DNA of 64,000 bases. Source: a virus. This document shows positions 1 to 8,127 of this stretch, one piece after another. Every line of letters starts with the position of its first letter. Position 1 is the first letter of the stretch. The stretch is from the IMG/VR virus record IMGVR_UViG_3300015242_000024, positions 4,780-68,779 of that record; one strand, written 5' to 3'. The notes below the pieces were generated by a model. It searched no databases. It was not told where the DNA came from and saw only the letters and a program-made list of their open reading frames with translations. The position numbers were made by a program, and so were the translations under genes.

Positions 1-1
1 T

Positions 2-247
2 TTCGTCGCGGTTCCGGATTTCATCACGGAATACAACACGAACGATGGTTCTTCGGAAATCATCGGGGCGGACGCATTCCACAACTTGCGCCGTATGTTT
101 CGGCGTGACCCGGATTACCGCATTCACCGGCATTTCTGCGGTGACGCAAAGGTCCATTCGGTAATGTATATCGGAAAGGGTGAACCGGTTCTTTCGTCCT
201 ACGTTTGGCACGTTCCCTTTGGGAGTGACGAACTGTACGGCGGTTAA
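2..247 (+). CDS. hypothetical protein, 5'-truncated by window edge
   Basis: Open frame from nt 2 (FVAVPDFITEYNTNDG...) to TAA 245-247; same strand as neighbours; not in ORF track. Confidence 0.6.
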   Translation, partial: FVAVPDFITEYNTNDGSSEIIGADAFHNLRRMFRRDPDYRIHRHFCGDAKVHSVMYIGKGEPVLSSYVWHVPFGSDELYGG

Positions 248-399
248 GCAATTCGGCACTAGATGGAAAGGGGGTGGTTACCTTGCGCAGAAAGCGTAAG
301 CGTAAATTACCCTAGGCACTAAGCCAAGCTAGCGGGATTTGAGTTCCGGGCATTCCGAAAGGGTGTCCGGGCTAATGTCCAACTAGAAAGGTGGAAACA

Positions 400-561
400 A
401 TGCAGACTCTCAAGTTTGCCGCAATGCGTGCGGGTAATGACCCGGACCGTGATTCTGTTGACCACGGAACGTATTACGCGAATAACCTTCCCGGTATTCG
501 AAAGTACCGAAAGGAAGTTCGGGTGACGCGTGGCGCATGGCGAAAGAGGGGAAGCAAGTAA
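400..561 (+). CDS. small hypothetical protein (53 aa)
   Basis: ATG 400 after AGAAAGGTGG RBS; MQTLKFAAMRAG...; stop overlaps the next start (TAATG). Confidence 0.65.
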   Translation: MQTLKFAAMRAGNDPDRDSVDHGTYYANNLPGIRKYRKEVRVTRGAWRKRGSK

Positions 562-803
562 TGCGGGAATATCTCGTGTGGAATGAATCGGGAGATTTGA
601 TTTCCGGTCCACACAGAAAAAGGGAAGTTGCTGAAAGGCAGCAAGCTAAGGCAATGACCGACTGTGAACAGAATTTTTGTGAAACGGACGGTCAAGAGGA
701 AACGCCCGGTCGTGGCAATTTCAAGTGTGGCGTACTTTCACCGCACGGAATCCACATTCAAGTAACCGAGAATGGTTACGACATTACCGGGCATGATTAC
801 TGA
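561..803 (+). CDS. hypothetical Cys/His-containing protein
   Basis: ORF 537..803; start at 561 is coupled to the upstream stop. Confidence 0.65.
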   Translation: MREYLVWNESGDLISGPHRKREVAERQQAKAMTDCEQNFCETDGQEETPGRGNFKCGVLSPHGIHIQVTENGYDITGHDY

Positions 804-817
804 CATTCTGTGTGTCT

Positions 818-871
818 GGTCATTGTCAGTGCGGAGTCTGACAGTGTCCAAATGCATTGACGGTCAATGCA
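818..871 (+). promoter_or_regulatory. tandem two-hairpin element, copy 1
   Basis: GGTCATTGTCAG-TGCGGAGT-CTGACAGTGTCC, then TGCATTGA-CGG-TCAATGCA, then RBS. Confidence 0.7.
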
Positions 872-888
872 GAGAAAAGGGGCTCAAA

Positions 889-1050
889 ATGCGTACTGCC
901 ATCGTTGACGGTCGTTCGGGTGTCGTTGCTGCCACCGGTTCGGCGCAGAATGCCGGTAAGGTGTTCGTCCTTTTCGATGATGAGCGTTTCACCGGTGACA
1001 CGTCCGCCGATTGGTTCCCCGCGTCGGTCGTTACGTCCGACAACGGCTGA
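889..1050 (+). CDS. small hypothetical protein
   Basis: ATG 889 with GAAAAGGGG RBS (MRTAIVDGRSG...). Confidence 0.65.
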   Translation: MRTAIVDGRSGVVAATGSAQNAGKVFVLFDDERFTGDTSADWFPASVVTSDNG

Positions 1051-1154
1051 CAACGTGTGTGGGGGAGCGTCTGAGAGGTTTTCAGCGCTCCCCCGGTCCA
1101 TCGGTCCAACCAAGCTACGAACGGCCGTTAGAACGGCACTGAGAGGGTTTCGCC

Positions 1155-1379
1155 ATGGCGCGTACCAAGTGGGAAATCCTGTCCGCTCAACTCGAAACCG
1201 CGCGTGCGGAAGTTGAGCGGCTGGAAAGCTACATGCGAGGAATGGAAAACACCCCGGATAACGTCAAGTGTTCCGGATGCGGTGAACAATTCCGCGTGAA
1301 TGCAGATTTCGCGCGGCATTTCAAGATTCCGAATGAACAATTGCTCAACATGGGATATTGCCCGAACAATCCGCGATAA
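1155..1379 (+). CDS. hypothetical protein, coiled coil plus zinc-finger-like motif
   Basis: CSGC...H...C motif; GAGAGG RBS. Confidence 0.7.
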   Translation: MARTKWEILSAQLETARAEVERLESYMRGMENTPDNVKCSGCGEQFRVNADFARHFKIPNEQLLNMGYCPNNPR

Positions 1380-1398
1380 AGACTGACGCTTATACGTC

Positions 1399-1453
1399 CG
1401 GGCATTCTCAATGCAGAGTTTGAGAGTGTCCGAATGTCCTAAGGGTTAGGGCA
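1399..1453 (+). promoter_or_regulatory. tandem two-hairpin element, copy 2
   Basis: CGGGCATTCTCAA-TGCAGAGT-TTGAGAGTGTCCG, then TGTCCTAA-GGG-TTAGGGCA, then RBS. Confidence 0.7.
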
Positions 1454-1465
1454 GGAAAGGAAACA

Positions 1466-1900
1466 ATGGAGATTCGCAACGTGACCAATCCGAGCAACAT
1501 CGGAACGGCCATTCTCCAGACTTCCGCAAAGTGGGGAGACAACATCACTTCCCGTGGCATTACGTCGAATGTCCGGCGCAATGGCAATTACAATGCGCGG
1601 GTAAGGCTTGTGGCGCATTCGTCGTTTGGTGACGGAACGCGCGAAAGCGCAAGCGGTAGGCGCGGCCCGTGGGTTTGCTGGCATGCGCAGCGCGATTTTT
1701 TCCGCGCGCTGTTCGCCATTGAGCCTACGGCAACGGTTCGAACGGGCCTAGGACGTGATGGGGTGACCTATTCGGCCGCAAGCTTTGAGAGCACGTTTCC
1801 GGGCACGTACAACACGAATGCGGGAAGTCTGTACTACCCGCGAGAGTTTGGCGGGTTGTGCGGTCACGGTGGACGTGAGGCAGTGAACGGCACTTATTAA
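1466..1900 (+). CDS. hypothetical protein
   Basis: 144 aa ORF with GGAAAGGA RBS. Confidence 0.8.
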   Translation: MEIRNVTNPSNIGTAILQTSAKWGDNITSRGITSNVRRNGNYNARVRLVAHSSFGDGTRESASGRRGPWVCWHAQRDFFRALFAIEPTATVRTGLGRDGVTYSAASFESTFPGTYNTNAGSLYYPREFGGLCGHGGREAVNGTY

Positions 1901-1907
1901 ACGGTTC

Positions 1908-1964
1908 GGGGGAATGGCAATGGAGAGTTTGCCATTCCCTCAATCCGCTTAAGGTGAGTGGATT
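1908..1964 (+). promoter_or_regulatory. tandem two-hairpin element, copy 3
   Basis: GGGGGAATGGCAA-TGGAGAGT-TTGCCATTCCCTC, then AATCCGCTTA-AGG-TGAGTGGATT, then RBS. Confidence 0.7.
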
Positions 1965-1978
1965 AGAAAGGCAATACA

Positions 1979-2368
1979 ATGTCGGGACACATTTTCGCTT
2001 TCATGACCGCAACGGCCGTGGAAATTGCCCCGGAAGATGAAAACGGAGGAATTGAGCTTAACGGTTGGGTTGACAGGGAATGGTCTATGACTGCATTGCA
2101 CGATTCCCGCAACGACGTTTCTCCGCTCATGTCGCTTGACGAAAGCGACACGGAAGCTTTGGCGGACGAAATCCGAGACATTCTCGGTGACGCTTCGCTG
2201 TATTTCGACAATGGGGACGGGAATTTTTACATTCACGATTCCCGTACGGAAGATGGAATGGAATTCACGTACTGCGTGAATTTCAAGCGTAAGTTTCTCG
2301 GCTCGAATGGTTGGGCTGAGGAATCTTGGCACCCTGAGAATGACGGGGGCATTTCGCTTTCTGAGTAG
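1979..2368 (+). CDS. acidic hypothetical protein
   Basis: 129 aa, D/E-rich, AGAAAGG RBS. Confidence 0.8.
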   Translation: MSGHIFAFMTATAVEIAPEDENGGIELNGWVDREWSMTALHDSRNDVSPLMSLDESDTEALADEIRDILGDASLYFDNGDGNFYIHDSRTEDGMEFTYCVNFKRKFLGSNGWAEESWHPENDGGISLSE

Positions 2369-2426
2369 TTGAATGTCCGGGGCACAATGTGCCCCGTGGC
2401 ATTGTCTATTTAGAAAGGTGGCCAAA

Positions 2427-2675
2427 GTGGCTATCGTTCGGTTGACAGGCATTCCCACAAATCGACGGGAAATCGAAATCGAGTGGGAGTGTGAGGTAAG
2501 GGGATTTCGTGGCGCTACTGCGGTAGTGGCGCGGGATTTGAGGCACACAGCAACAAACGACTTTCGGCATAAGGTCATGCGCCTATGGGCCGAACACGGA
2601 AAGTCGGGCGGTTTCGCTATCAAGGAAAAGCACAGTGATTCATGGTGGCTTTTCGAGTATGTAGAGGGGAAGTAA
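2427..2675 (+). CDS. hypothetical protein
   Basis: GTG 2427 after AGAAAGGTGG RBS, within ORF 2373..2675. Confidence 0.65.
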   Translation: MAIVRLTGIPTNRREIEIEWECEVRGFRGATAVVARDLRHTATNDFRHKVMRLWAEHGKSGGFAIKEKHSDSWWLFEYVEGK

Positions 2676-2679
2676 GACA

Positions 2680-2775
2680 ATGGCAATCACAACATGGATT
2701 ATCCGTTGTGTGAACTGCCGCCGGTTGATTTTTGCTGGGCAAACGTGCGTTTGCGGAACTCGCAACGGTGTATGA
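2680..2775 (+). CDS. small Cys-rich protein (31 aa)
   Basis: MAITTWIIRCVNCRRLIFAGQTCVCGTRNGV; fills the gap between coupled genes. Confidence 0.45.
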   Translation: MAITTWIIRCVNCRRLIFAGQTCVCGTRNGV

Positions 2776-2786
2776 AAGGTAGAAAA

Positions 2787-3047
2787 GTGAAGGAAATCAT
2801 GCGGGTTTGCCTTTCCGACAATGGAAAGGAAATCCTGATGTATTCCGAGAATGGCGAAACCCTGGAAAGGGTATACGCCGTTCGTGACTTTGCCGCGATT
2901 GCTGAAACGGCAAGGGAAGCTGTGGAATCCGCTTTCCAGGATGACTACATGGAAAGGAACGGACGGCATTTCAATAACTGCCTAGGCTATGAGGATTGCC
3001 GGGCGGGTATGTGTGATGAGCATTACGAGAATGAAGGGACGTACTGA
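2787..3047 (+). CDS. hypothetical protein
   Basis: GTG 2787 after GAAAGG, within ORF 2694..3047. Confidence 0.6.
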   Translation: MKEIMRVCLSDNGKEILMYSENGETLERVYAVRDFAAIAETAREAVESAFQDDYMERNGRHFNNCLGYEDCRAGMCDEHYENEGTY

Positions 3048-3048
3048 A

Positions 3049-3414
3049 ATGCGTTGGATTCCCATTGGCCGAAAGGCTTTTGCCGAAATCCAGTCGGAAG
3101 CTACAGAAACCGTCACTGACGAATACGAGGGAATCACCCTGTACTTTGGGGAAACGATTTCCGCTATTCGTCGCATGGGTGAGCGGCTGTACATGTACGA
3201 AACGAATTTTCGTGAGGCAATCCAGGAAGTTGACGTTACCGAATTGCAGGAAGGTGATGTTATTTGGTATTGCCTCAATGACGGACCGGTAAGGGCACAT
3301 CGTCCGCACGTCGAATATCCCAATACCGAAATGGTTTTCTGGCATTCCGGTATGAAGGATGCATTCGGTTCGCCCCAAAAGTTGGAAGTATTGCGGGGCG
3401 GACAGTTCGCCTAG
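3049..3414 (+). CDS. hypothetical protein
   Basis: ATG 3049 directly after upstream stop (MRWIPIGRK...). Confidence 0.7.
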   Translation: MRWIPIGRKAFAEIQSEATETVTDEYEGITLYFGETISAIRRMGERLYMYETNFREAIQEVDVTELQEGDVIWYCLNDGPVRAHRPHVEYPNTEMVFWHSGMKDAFGSPQKLEVLRGGQFA

Positions 3415-3516
3415 GTAGTAGAGGGGTACACAGTGGTTGGTACAATAAATCCCTGTGTGCCTCTCTAAGGCACTCGGAATCGGTCCGGGTGTCATTGCCT
3501 AGGGAAGGGTCTAGCG

Positions 3517-4107
3517 ATGCGTCACGTAGCCACACACGGGCACAACGGGTACTTTGGGTGTGAGCGGGAAGGGTGTAAGAACCTTCCTGCCGTTCATGGC
3601 ACCCATACGCGTTGCCGTTGTGAGGGTTGGCAGACTCAAAACAAGGGATTGTGTACGGCGTGCAATTCGCCGGTATTGGCGGATTGGGAATGGGAACTCT
3701 TGACGGATAATGTCCATTGGGCTAATTCGTGCCTAGGGGATGGTTTCAATTCCTATGGTATGGAGTGCCCCGGATATGCACGTTCAGAATGGCCGTGCTC
3801 GGTATGCTCAGATAGGCAGGCATCGGAAGTGCAGAATTCGGCCGGGTTTGTAGAGACCCTAGATAGAATGGTAAGCAATATGCAGAATAGGGAAGAAAAG
3901 GAAACAGACAACTTCCCTATTACCCTAGTAGCACATAGGGGAGATAAGACTATCCCTGTAGTGCATGTAAGGGCAGATAGCATTACCGCAGTAGAGAGTA
4001 AGACAAAGGGATATGTAGACCTTTCCTTTGAGTATTACGGTAATGACATCATTGGCTATGTGCCTATGGTGGATTACTACACAACCGAGTCTGATAGTGA
4101 CTACTGA
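3517..4107 (+). CDS. Cys-rich hypothetical protein
   Basis: 196 aa with several CxxC motifs; AGGGAAGGG RBS. Confidence 0.65.
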   Translation: MRHVATHGHNGYFGCEREGCKNLPAVHGTHTRCRCEGWQTQNKGLCTACNSPVLADWEWELLTDNVHWANSCLGDGFNSYGMECPGYARSEWPCSVCSDRQASEVQNSAGFVETLDRMVSNMQNREEKETDNFPITLVAHRGDKTIPVVHVRADSITAVESKTKGYVDLSFEYYGNDIIGYVPMVDYYTTESDSDY

Positions 4108-4379
4108 TAGGGGGTAAATAGACGCTAACTAATAGTTAGTGTAGATAGAGGGATATTGTGCAGCCTTTATGGTGCATTTATGTCGCATTTCTTTATAGAA
4201 TTCAATTTAATTCAAAGAAAGTGGGGCAGAATGCGGCCATTCCTGCTAATAACAGCCCTATTCCTGATAGGGGCCTATATGGTGGGGGTATTGCCAGGGG
4301 GTATTACCTACTAGGGTATAGGCAAGGGTATATAGGGGGTGCATATAGTACCCCCGCATATAGAGAGTAGGGATATACA

Positions 4380-4655
4380 GTGTTCGCATTGCAGTATGTA
4401 GATAGGCCGGGTAATGGGTATGGTGGATATGTAGTGAATGACGGTACACATACCGTATTCATTGCGGCTACCACATCTAGTGATATCGGTAAGCTGTATA
4501 GGTGGCTAGGTAAGGGGGATATGGCCAAGGGTAGGGATGAATACCAGAGTGATGCACTCACCTTGCCTAGTGTGTCTCTCAATCCCATGCAATACAATGA
4601 CATGGTTAACCCTATGTCTAAGGGTAATGAGGTTGCATATATCAAAGAGGGTTAA
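4380..4655 (+). CDS. hypothetical protein
   Basis: 91 aa ORF, GTG start. Confidence 0.5.
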   Translation: MFALQYVDRPGNGYGGYVVNDGTHTVFIAATTSSDIGKLYRWLGKGDMAKGRDEYQSDALTLPSVSLNPMQYNDMVNPMSKGNEVAYIKEG

Positions 4656-4836
4656 GCAATCCCCCGAAATCCCGCCGGAAAAGGAATCGATTAATATAAA
4701 GGCAATTGGTGTAGGGGTTGCCGGTGGCACTGCCTTTATTGGATTCTCTGCATTCTTTATCGCAGTGATTTCCCTTATCGGTTTCCTTGCATGGGTATTG
4801 ATATACGGATTGGCAATTGTATTCGAGACTATCTAG
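4537..4836 (+). CDS. putative membrane protein (start uncertain)
   Basis: Long hydrophobic C-terminal segment. Confidence 0.4.
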   Translation: MNTRVMHSPCLVCLSIPCNTMTWLTLCLRVMRLHISKRVKQSPEIPPEKESINIKAIGVGVAGGTAFIGFSAFFIAVISLIGFLAWVLIYGLAIVFETI

Positions 4837-5061
4837 AAAGGAATTGTTGTGGGGGTCCTTCCATTTAATTCGGAATGGGTCCCCCGGAATTTAAATTCAA
4901 TTCCGAATTGAATTCCCTTTTATGGGCGCACTAATTGCAATTGCAAATCTTATTTGCCGGCCTATATCATACATATTCAAATATTTTTAACATTTTGAAT
5001 TTCATAAGTAAGTGACTCTAAGTAGTTGTAGATTACTGTGTGTAATTCGCCGTAAACGCAG

Positions 5062-5087
5062 AAAAGCCCCTCCCCGAAGGGAGGGGC
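5062..5087 (-). terminator. intrinsic terminator ending the minus-strand block
   Basis: Minus strand GCCCCTCCC-TTCG-GGGAGGGGC-TTTT. Confidence 0.85.
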
Positions 5088-5092
5088 AAATT

Positions 5093-5311
5093 CTACTTAT
5101 CAGAATCTTCTTCTAGTGCAAATGCGGGAGCTGGAGTGAATGTAAGACCAGCCTCATGCATCTCCGCAAGCTCCATAGCCTTTTGCGGATTGTCTACTGC
5201 CAGCAGTGCAAGGAGGATATCGTAAGTGCGCATCATTTGAATGAGCAGCACCATCTGAAAATTTTCGGGCGCAAATGCGTCTCTACTGTCTTCAGAGTTC
5301 TTGGGATTCAT
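5093..5311 (-). CDS. hypothetical protein
   Basis: 72 aa; GGAG RBS; tightly packed operon. Confidence 0.7.
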   Translation of the reverse strand: MNPKNSEDSRDAFAPENFQMVLLIQMMRTYDILLALLAVDNPQKAMELAEMHEAGLTFTPAPAFALEEDSDK

Positions 5312-5483
5312 CCATTCTCCTCTCTACTGATACAATCATATCGTTTGTATCTAGGTTGATTTGCCAGTCATCGACATAAATCCCGCCGTCGAATGACTCG
5401 ATTTCAACCCCGCCCTTCTTTGCCCAGTAAACGATTTCTTCCTTGTTTACCAGACGCTCTAGTGTATCCTTTTGTGTAGCCAT
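5292..5483 (-). CDS. hypothetical protein
   Basis: 63 aa ORF in operon. Confidence 0.65.
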   Translation of the reverse strand: MATQKDTLERLVNKEEIVYWAKKGGVEIESFDGGIYVDDWQINLDTNDMIVSVERRMDESQEL

Positions 5484-5492
5484 AATTCTATC

Positions 5493-5657
5493 TTACTTGA
5501 TGTAGTTGAATTTGTCACCATTCATCACGCAGGTCCAGCGTCCTACTGTCAGCTCGTTTCCTGTGCGATTAACGTGAAGACCATGCTTGCGACCAAAGTT
5601 ACGTAGGTCTGCATCTGTCTTACACTTGAGCAAGTCTTTCTGTTTTGCTTCAGCCAT
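5493..5657 (-). CDS. small hypothetical protein (54 aa)
   Basis: MAEAKQKDLLKCKTDADLRNFG...; fills the gap; below the ORF-track cutoff. Confidence 0.6.
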   Translation of the reverse strand: MAEAKQKDLLKCKTDADLRNFGRKHGLHVNRTGNELTVGRWTCVMNGDKFNYIK

Positions 5658-5862
5658 TATTATCCTCATCGTATAGTCTTACAATCAAATCTGACAAGGT
5701 ACGATTAGCGATACCCGCCGCAGAAGTGAGTGGCGAATACATCACCTTGTCAGACATATGAAGCTTCGCATTTGCTTCATTTTGAGTTTCCAGATAATCT
5801 ACAACGCTGTCTAGTACGTCGCTGACCTTCTGAAGCTCCCTGATTACATCTGAGCTTTCCAT
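5650..5862 (-). CDS. hypothetical protein
   Basis: 70 aa; AGGAG RBS. Confidence 0.7.
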   Translation of the reverse strand: MESSDVIRELQKVSDVLDSVVDYLETQNEANAKLHMSDKVMYSPLTSAAGIANRTLSDLIVRLYDEDNNG

Positions 5863-6491
5863 TGCTCTCCTAGGTATTTTGTATAGGCTGGTGGAATTGC
5901 CTCATTGATTTCTTTATGAATCATCCAGTCAATGCCCATTGCTTTGCGCTTTTCTGCAATGCTGGCATTACCGCCACCTGTTACTTGGACAAACATCTCT
6001 TCCGACATAGCCCGCCCGAAATGATTTTTCCGCTTATCAAAGGTATAGACCAATGCTTTATGCTTCGGGTGTTCTGGCGCTACCAGGTCAAAATTCGATT
6101 CAAACAGTCTATGCCTGTAGACTCTCAACCCTGAGAACATTCCACCACATAGCATGATGGGGTCTTTTAGCGGAGCCGTATCCACGTTCTCGATAATGTA
6201 CGGCAATCCAGAGTCCTCAAGCATTTCTCTGGTCGGACCAATAAGGTCCGGGTACTCCTTGCCTGTGCGCTTTTGCAAGTCGCTGTACCTTTGACAGGGA
6301 GGTGATGCGTGGACCAAATCAAATCGTCCTGACATCATCATGCGCCATCCTACAGAAAGTGCGTCACCCAATACAAAGTTGTAAGGATAACGCACCTGAA
6401 TTCTATTGTCTACACCGACAACTTCGAAACCAGCTTGGTGGTAGCCTGTAGAAGCTCCACCAGCGCCACAATATAGGTCTAGTATTCTCAC
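5844..6491 (-). CDS. short DNA (cytosine-5) methyltransferase-like protein
   Basis: Motif I LDLYCGAGG, motif IV SPPCQ, motif VI ENV, motif VIII-like YRHRLF, motif X-like EAIPP. Confidence 0.8.
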   Translation of the reverse strand: MRILDLYCGAGGASTGYHQAGFEVVGVDNRIQVRYPYNFVLGDALSVGWRMMMSGRFDLVHASPPCQRYSDLQKRTGKEYPDLIGPTREMLEDSGLPYIIENVDTAPLKDPIMLCGGMFSGLRVYRHRLFESNFDLVAPEHPKHKALVYTFDKRKNHFGRAMSEEMFVQVTGGGNASIAEKRKAMGIDWMIHKEINEAIPPAYTKYLGEQWKAQM

Positions 6492-6507
6492 ATCCCTATT
6501 GTAGCAG

Positions 6508-7203
6508 TTATGACTTCTTAATAGTATCCATACACACAGGGAAATGTTCGTGGGTCAAATCATATACCGCCCGCGCATAATCCTGAATCTCCTTTTGTGC
6601 ATCATGTTCTAGACGCTGATGAAGGAAATGAGTTACAGAGCCTAGTGAAGCTGTCCAACGCCAACGTACATATAGCCCGTATGCAGGCAAGAAGAGCCGA
6701 GCCTGTTCTGCACAGATACCACGTGCCATTGCCTCTTCGTACAACTTGAGTCCCTGATTAATATACCAAACCATAGAGTCAGTCATTACTTCACCGTGGT
6801 CGATTGATACCGCTTCACCAGAACCCTGCTTGCGATTTTCTGGAGCAGAGCGCCACTCAACTGAAGACGGAACATAGAACTCTGGAGTCTCAGTTACATA
6901 ACGACGACTCGATTCATTCCATCCATTCTGGTCTTCAAGGTGAGTAGAGGCTACTGCATACTTCCACCACTGCCTAGCTACGAAGAGTGGTGCATAAACC
7001 TCAAAAGTGAGAGCGGAATGACGGAACACCGAGGAGTGCTCTTCACGTTGAAGAAAGGCGAGAAGTCTTGCTTCTCTATCCCCAAACTCTACACTCTCCT
7101 TTGCGAAAGAAACCTTGGCTGAGTTAACAGGGTCAAGGTCATCGCCCATGTGCTTAATATATCTTACGTATCCTTTATCAAGGACTTCAATCTTATCTGT
7201 CAT
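6508..7203 (-). CDS. thyX: flavin-dependent thymidylate synthase
   Basis: EHSSVF, APLFVARQW, NESSRRY, EQARLFLP and HAQ-like DAQKEI motifs. Confidence 0.9.
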   Translation of the reverse strand: MTDKIEVLDKGYVRYIKHMGDDLDPVNSAKVSFAKESVEFGDREARLLAFLQREEHSSVFRHSALTFEVYAPLFVARQWWKYAVASTHLEDQNGWNESSRRYVTETPEFYVPSSVEWRSAPENRKQGSGEAVSIDHGEVMTDSMVWYINQGLKLYEEAMARGICAEQARLFLPAYGLYVRWRWTASLGSVTHFLHQRLEHDAQKEIQDYARAVYDLTHEHFPVCMDTIKKS

Positions 7204-7355
7204 ACTAGTCCGTCCAACTCCTTTTGATATCCGTCTATCTTCTTCTGAGCCTTCTTTGCGCCAAGCTCATTTCCTTCTTTTTCGAATTGAGCCTTAATTC
7301 TCTTTTGGCTAGCAATTTGACCTTGAAGTCTTTCAGCTCTCTTCTGTGGGTCCAT
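7200..7355 (-). CDS. small coiled-coil protein (51 aa)
   Basis: MDPQKRAERLQGQIASQ...; stop overlaps thyX ATG. Confidence 0.6.
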   Translation of the reverse strand: MDPQKRAERLQGQIASQKRIKAQFEKEGNELGAKKAQKKIDGYQKELDGLV

Positions 7356-7470
7356 TCACAATCTCCTCAAACTTCTGACTGGTATCAGTCTTTTCCTGAG
7401 TGACGTAGAATGCTCCATCGTCGCTTTGCTCTACCGGAAGCCCATTGCTTCCAATGTATATGTTTGCCAC
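7333..7470 (-). CDS. small hypothetical protein
   Basis: GTG with AGGAGGAG RBS. Confidence 0.55.
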   Translation of the reverse strand: MANIYIGSNGLPVEQSDDGAFYVTQEKTDTSQKFEEIVNGPTEES

Positions 7471-7642
7471 TACTCCTCCTTTTGGTAACAATCCATCCAT
7501 CTTCTTGACACTGCCAGCAAGGTTGAAACACATAGTTTTCAAGGTCGAGAACAGACTTACGCAATGAGCAAACTGCGCAAGCGTGGTCATGGCTTACCCA
7601 TTGTCCTCCGTCTGTCCTTATTCTTGGCTTATGCATCTTCAT
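7385..7642 (-). CDS. zinc-ribbon hypothetical protein
   Basis: CAVC...CWQC. Confidence 0.55.
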   Translation of the reverse strand: MKMHKPRIRTDGGQWVSHDHACAVCSLRKSVLDLENYVFQPCWQCQEDGWIVTKRRSSGKHIHWKQWASGRAKRRWSILRHSGKD

Positions 7643-7794
7643 TTATTTGGGTCTTTCCCGTTGAACTTTCCGTCAGTTAGTTCTAGCAATTTCTTGAAAG
7701 CCCTTCTACGTCCTACTTCGTCACCAGATTCTTTTGCATCTAGATATTTTCGGAACCAAAGCTTTCTGTCCTGATAATACCTCTTATCAGACAT
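7639..7794 (-). CDS. small hypothetical protein
   Basis: MSDKRYYQDRK...; coupled overlaps. Confidence 0.55.
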   Translation of the reverse strand: MSDKRYYQDRKLWFRKYLDAKESGDEVGRRRAFKKLLELTDGKFNGKDPNK

Positions 7795-7999
7795 AATGCT
7801 CCCGCACAACCGCCTTAATCTGGTCGTACATATCAAGACCGGGCAAGATTTTAGTATCGCAAGCAATGCACCAAAGAATTGGGTCGTTGTTTTCATCTGC
7901 CTGAGTAAACAACTGATTATCACAATCAGGACACGTCAGTGGCTTGGCCTTGCCATCTTGGGCAAGTCGCCTATAGTTATGAAAAATTGACCATTCCAT
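7787..7999 (-). CDS. zinc-ribbon hypothetical protein
   Basis: CPDC...CIAC; start moved to avoid the tRNA. Confidence 0.65.
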   Translation of the reverse strand: MEWSIFHNYRRLAQDGKAKPLTCPDCDNQLFTQADENNDPILWCIACDTKILPGLDMYDQIKAVVREHYV

Positions 8000-8055
8000 C
8001 AAAAACACAAAAGCCACCGCGAAAGCGATGGCTGTCTCCCTTTCTGTTATTAGAG

Positions 8056-8127
8056 AGCCTAGTTTGGGAATCGAACCCAAGACCACTTCCGTACCAAGGA
8101 AGAATTCTACCACTGAACTAACTAGGC
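8056..8127 (-). tRNA. tRNA-Thr(GGU)
   Basis: Cloverleaf; anticodon arm CTTCC-TTGGTAC-GGAAG; GGTTCGATTCC T-arm; no encoded CCA. Confidence 0.9.

Noticed and set aside
1949-2686. 245-aa minus-strand ORF in the early block
   Set aside because: Overlaps + strand genes that have clear RBSs.
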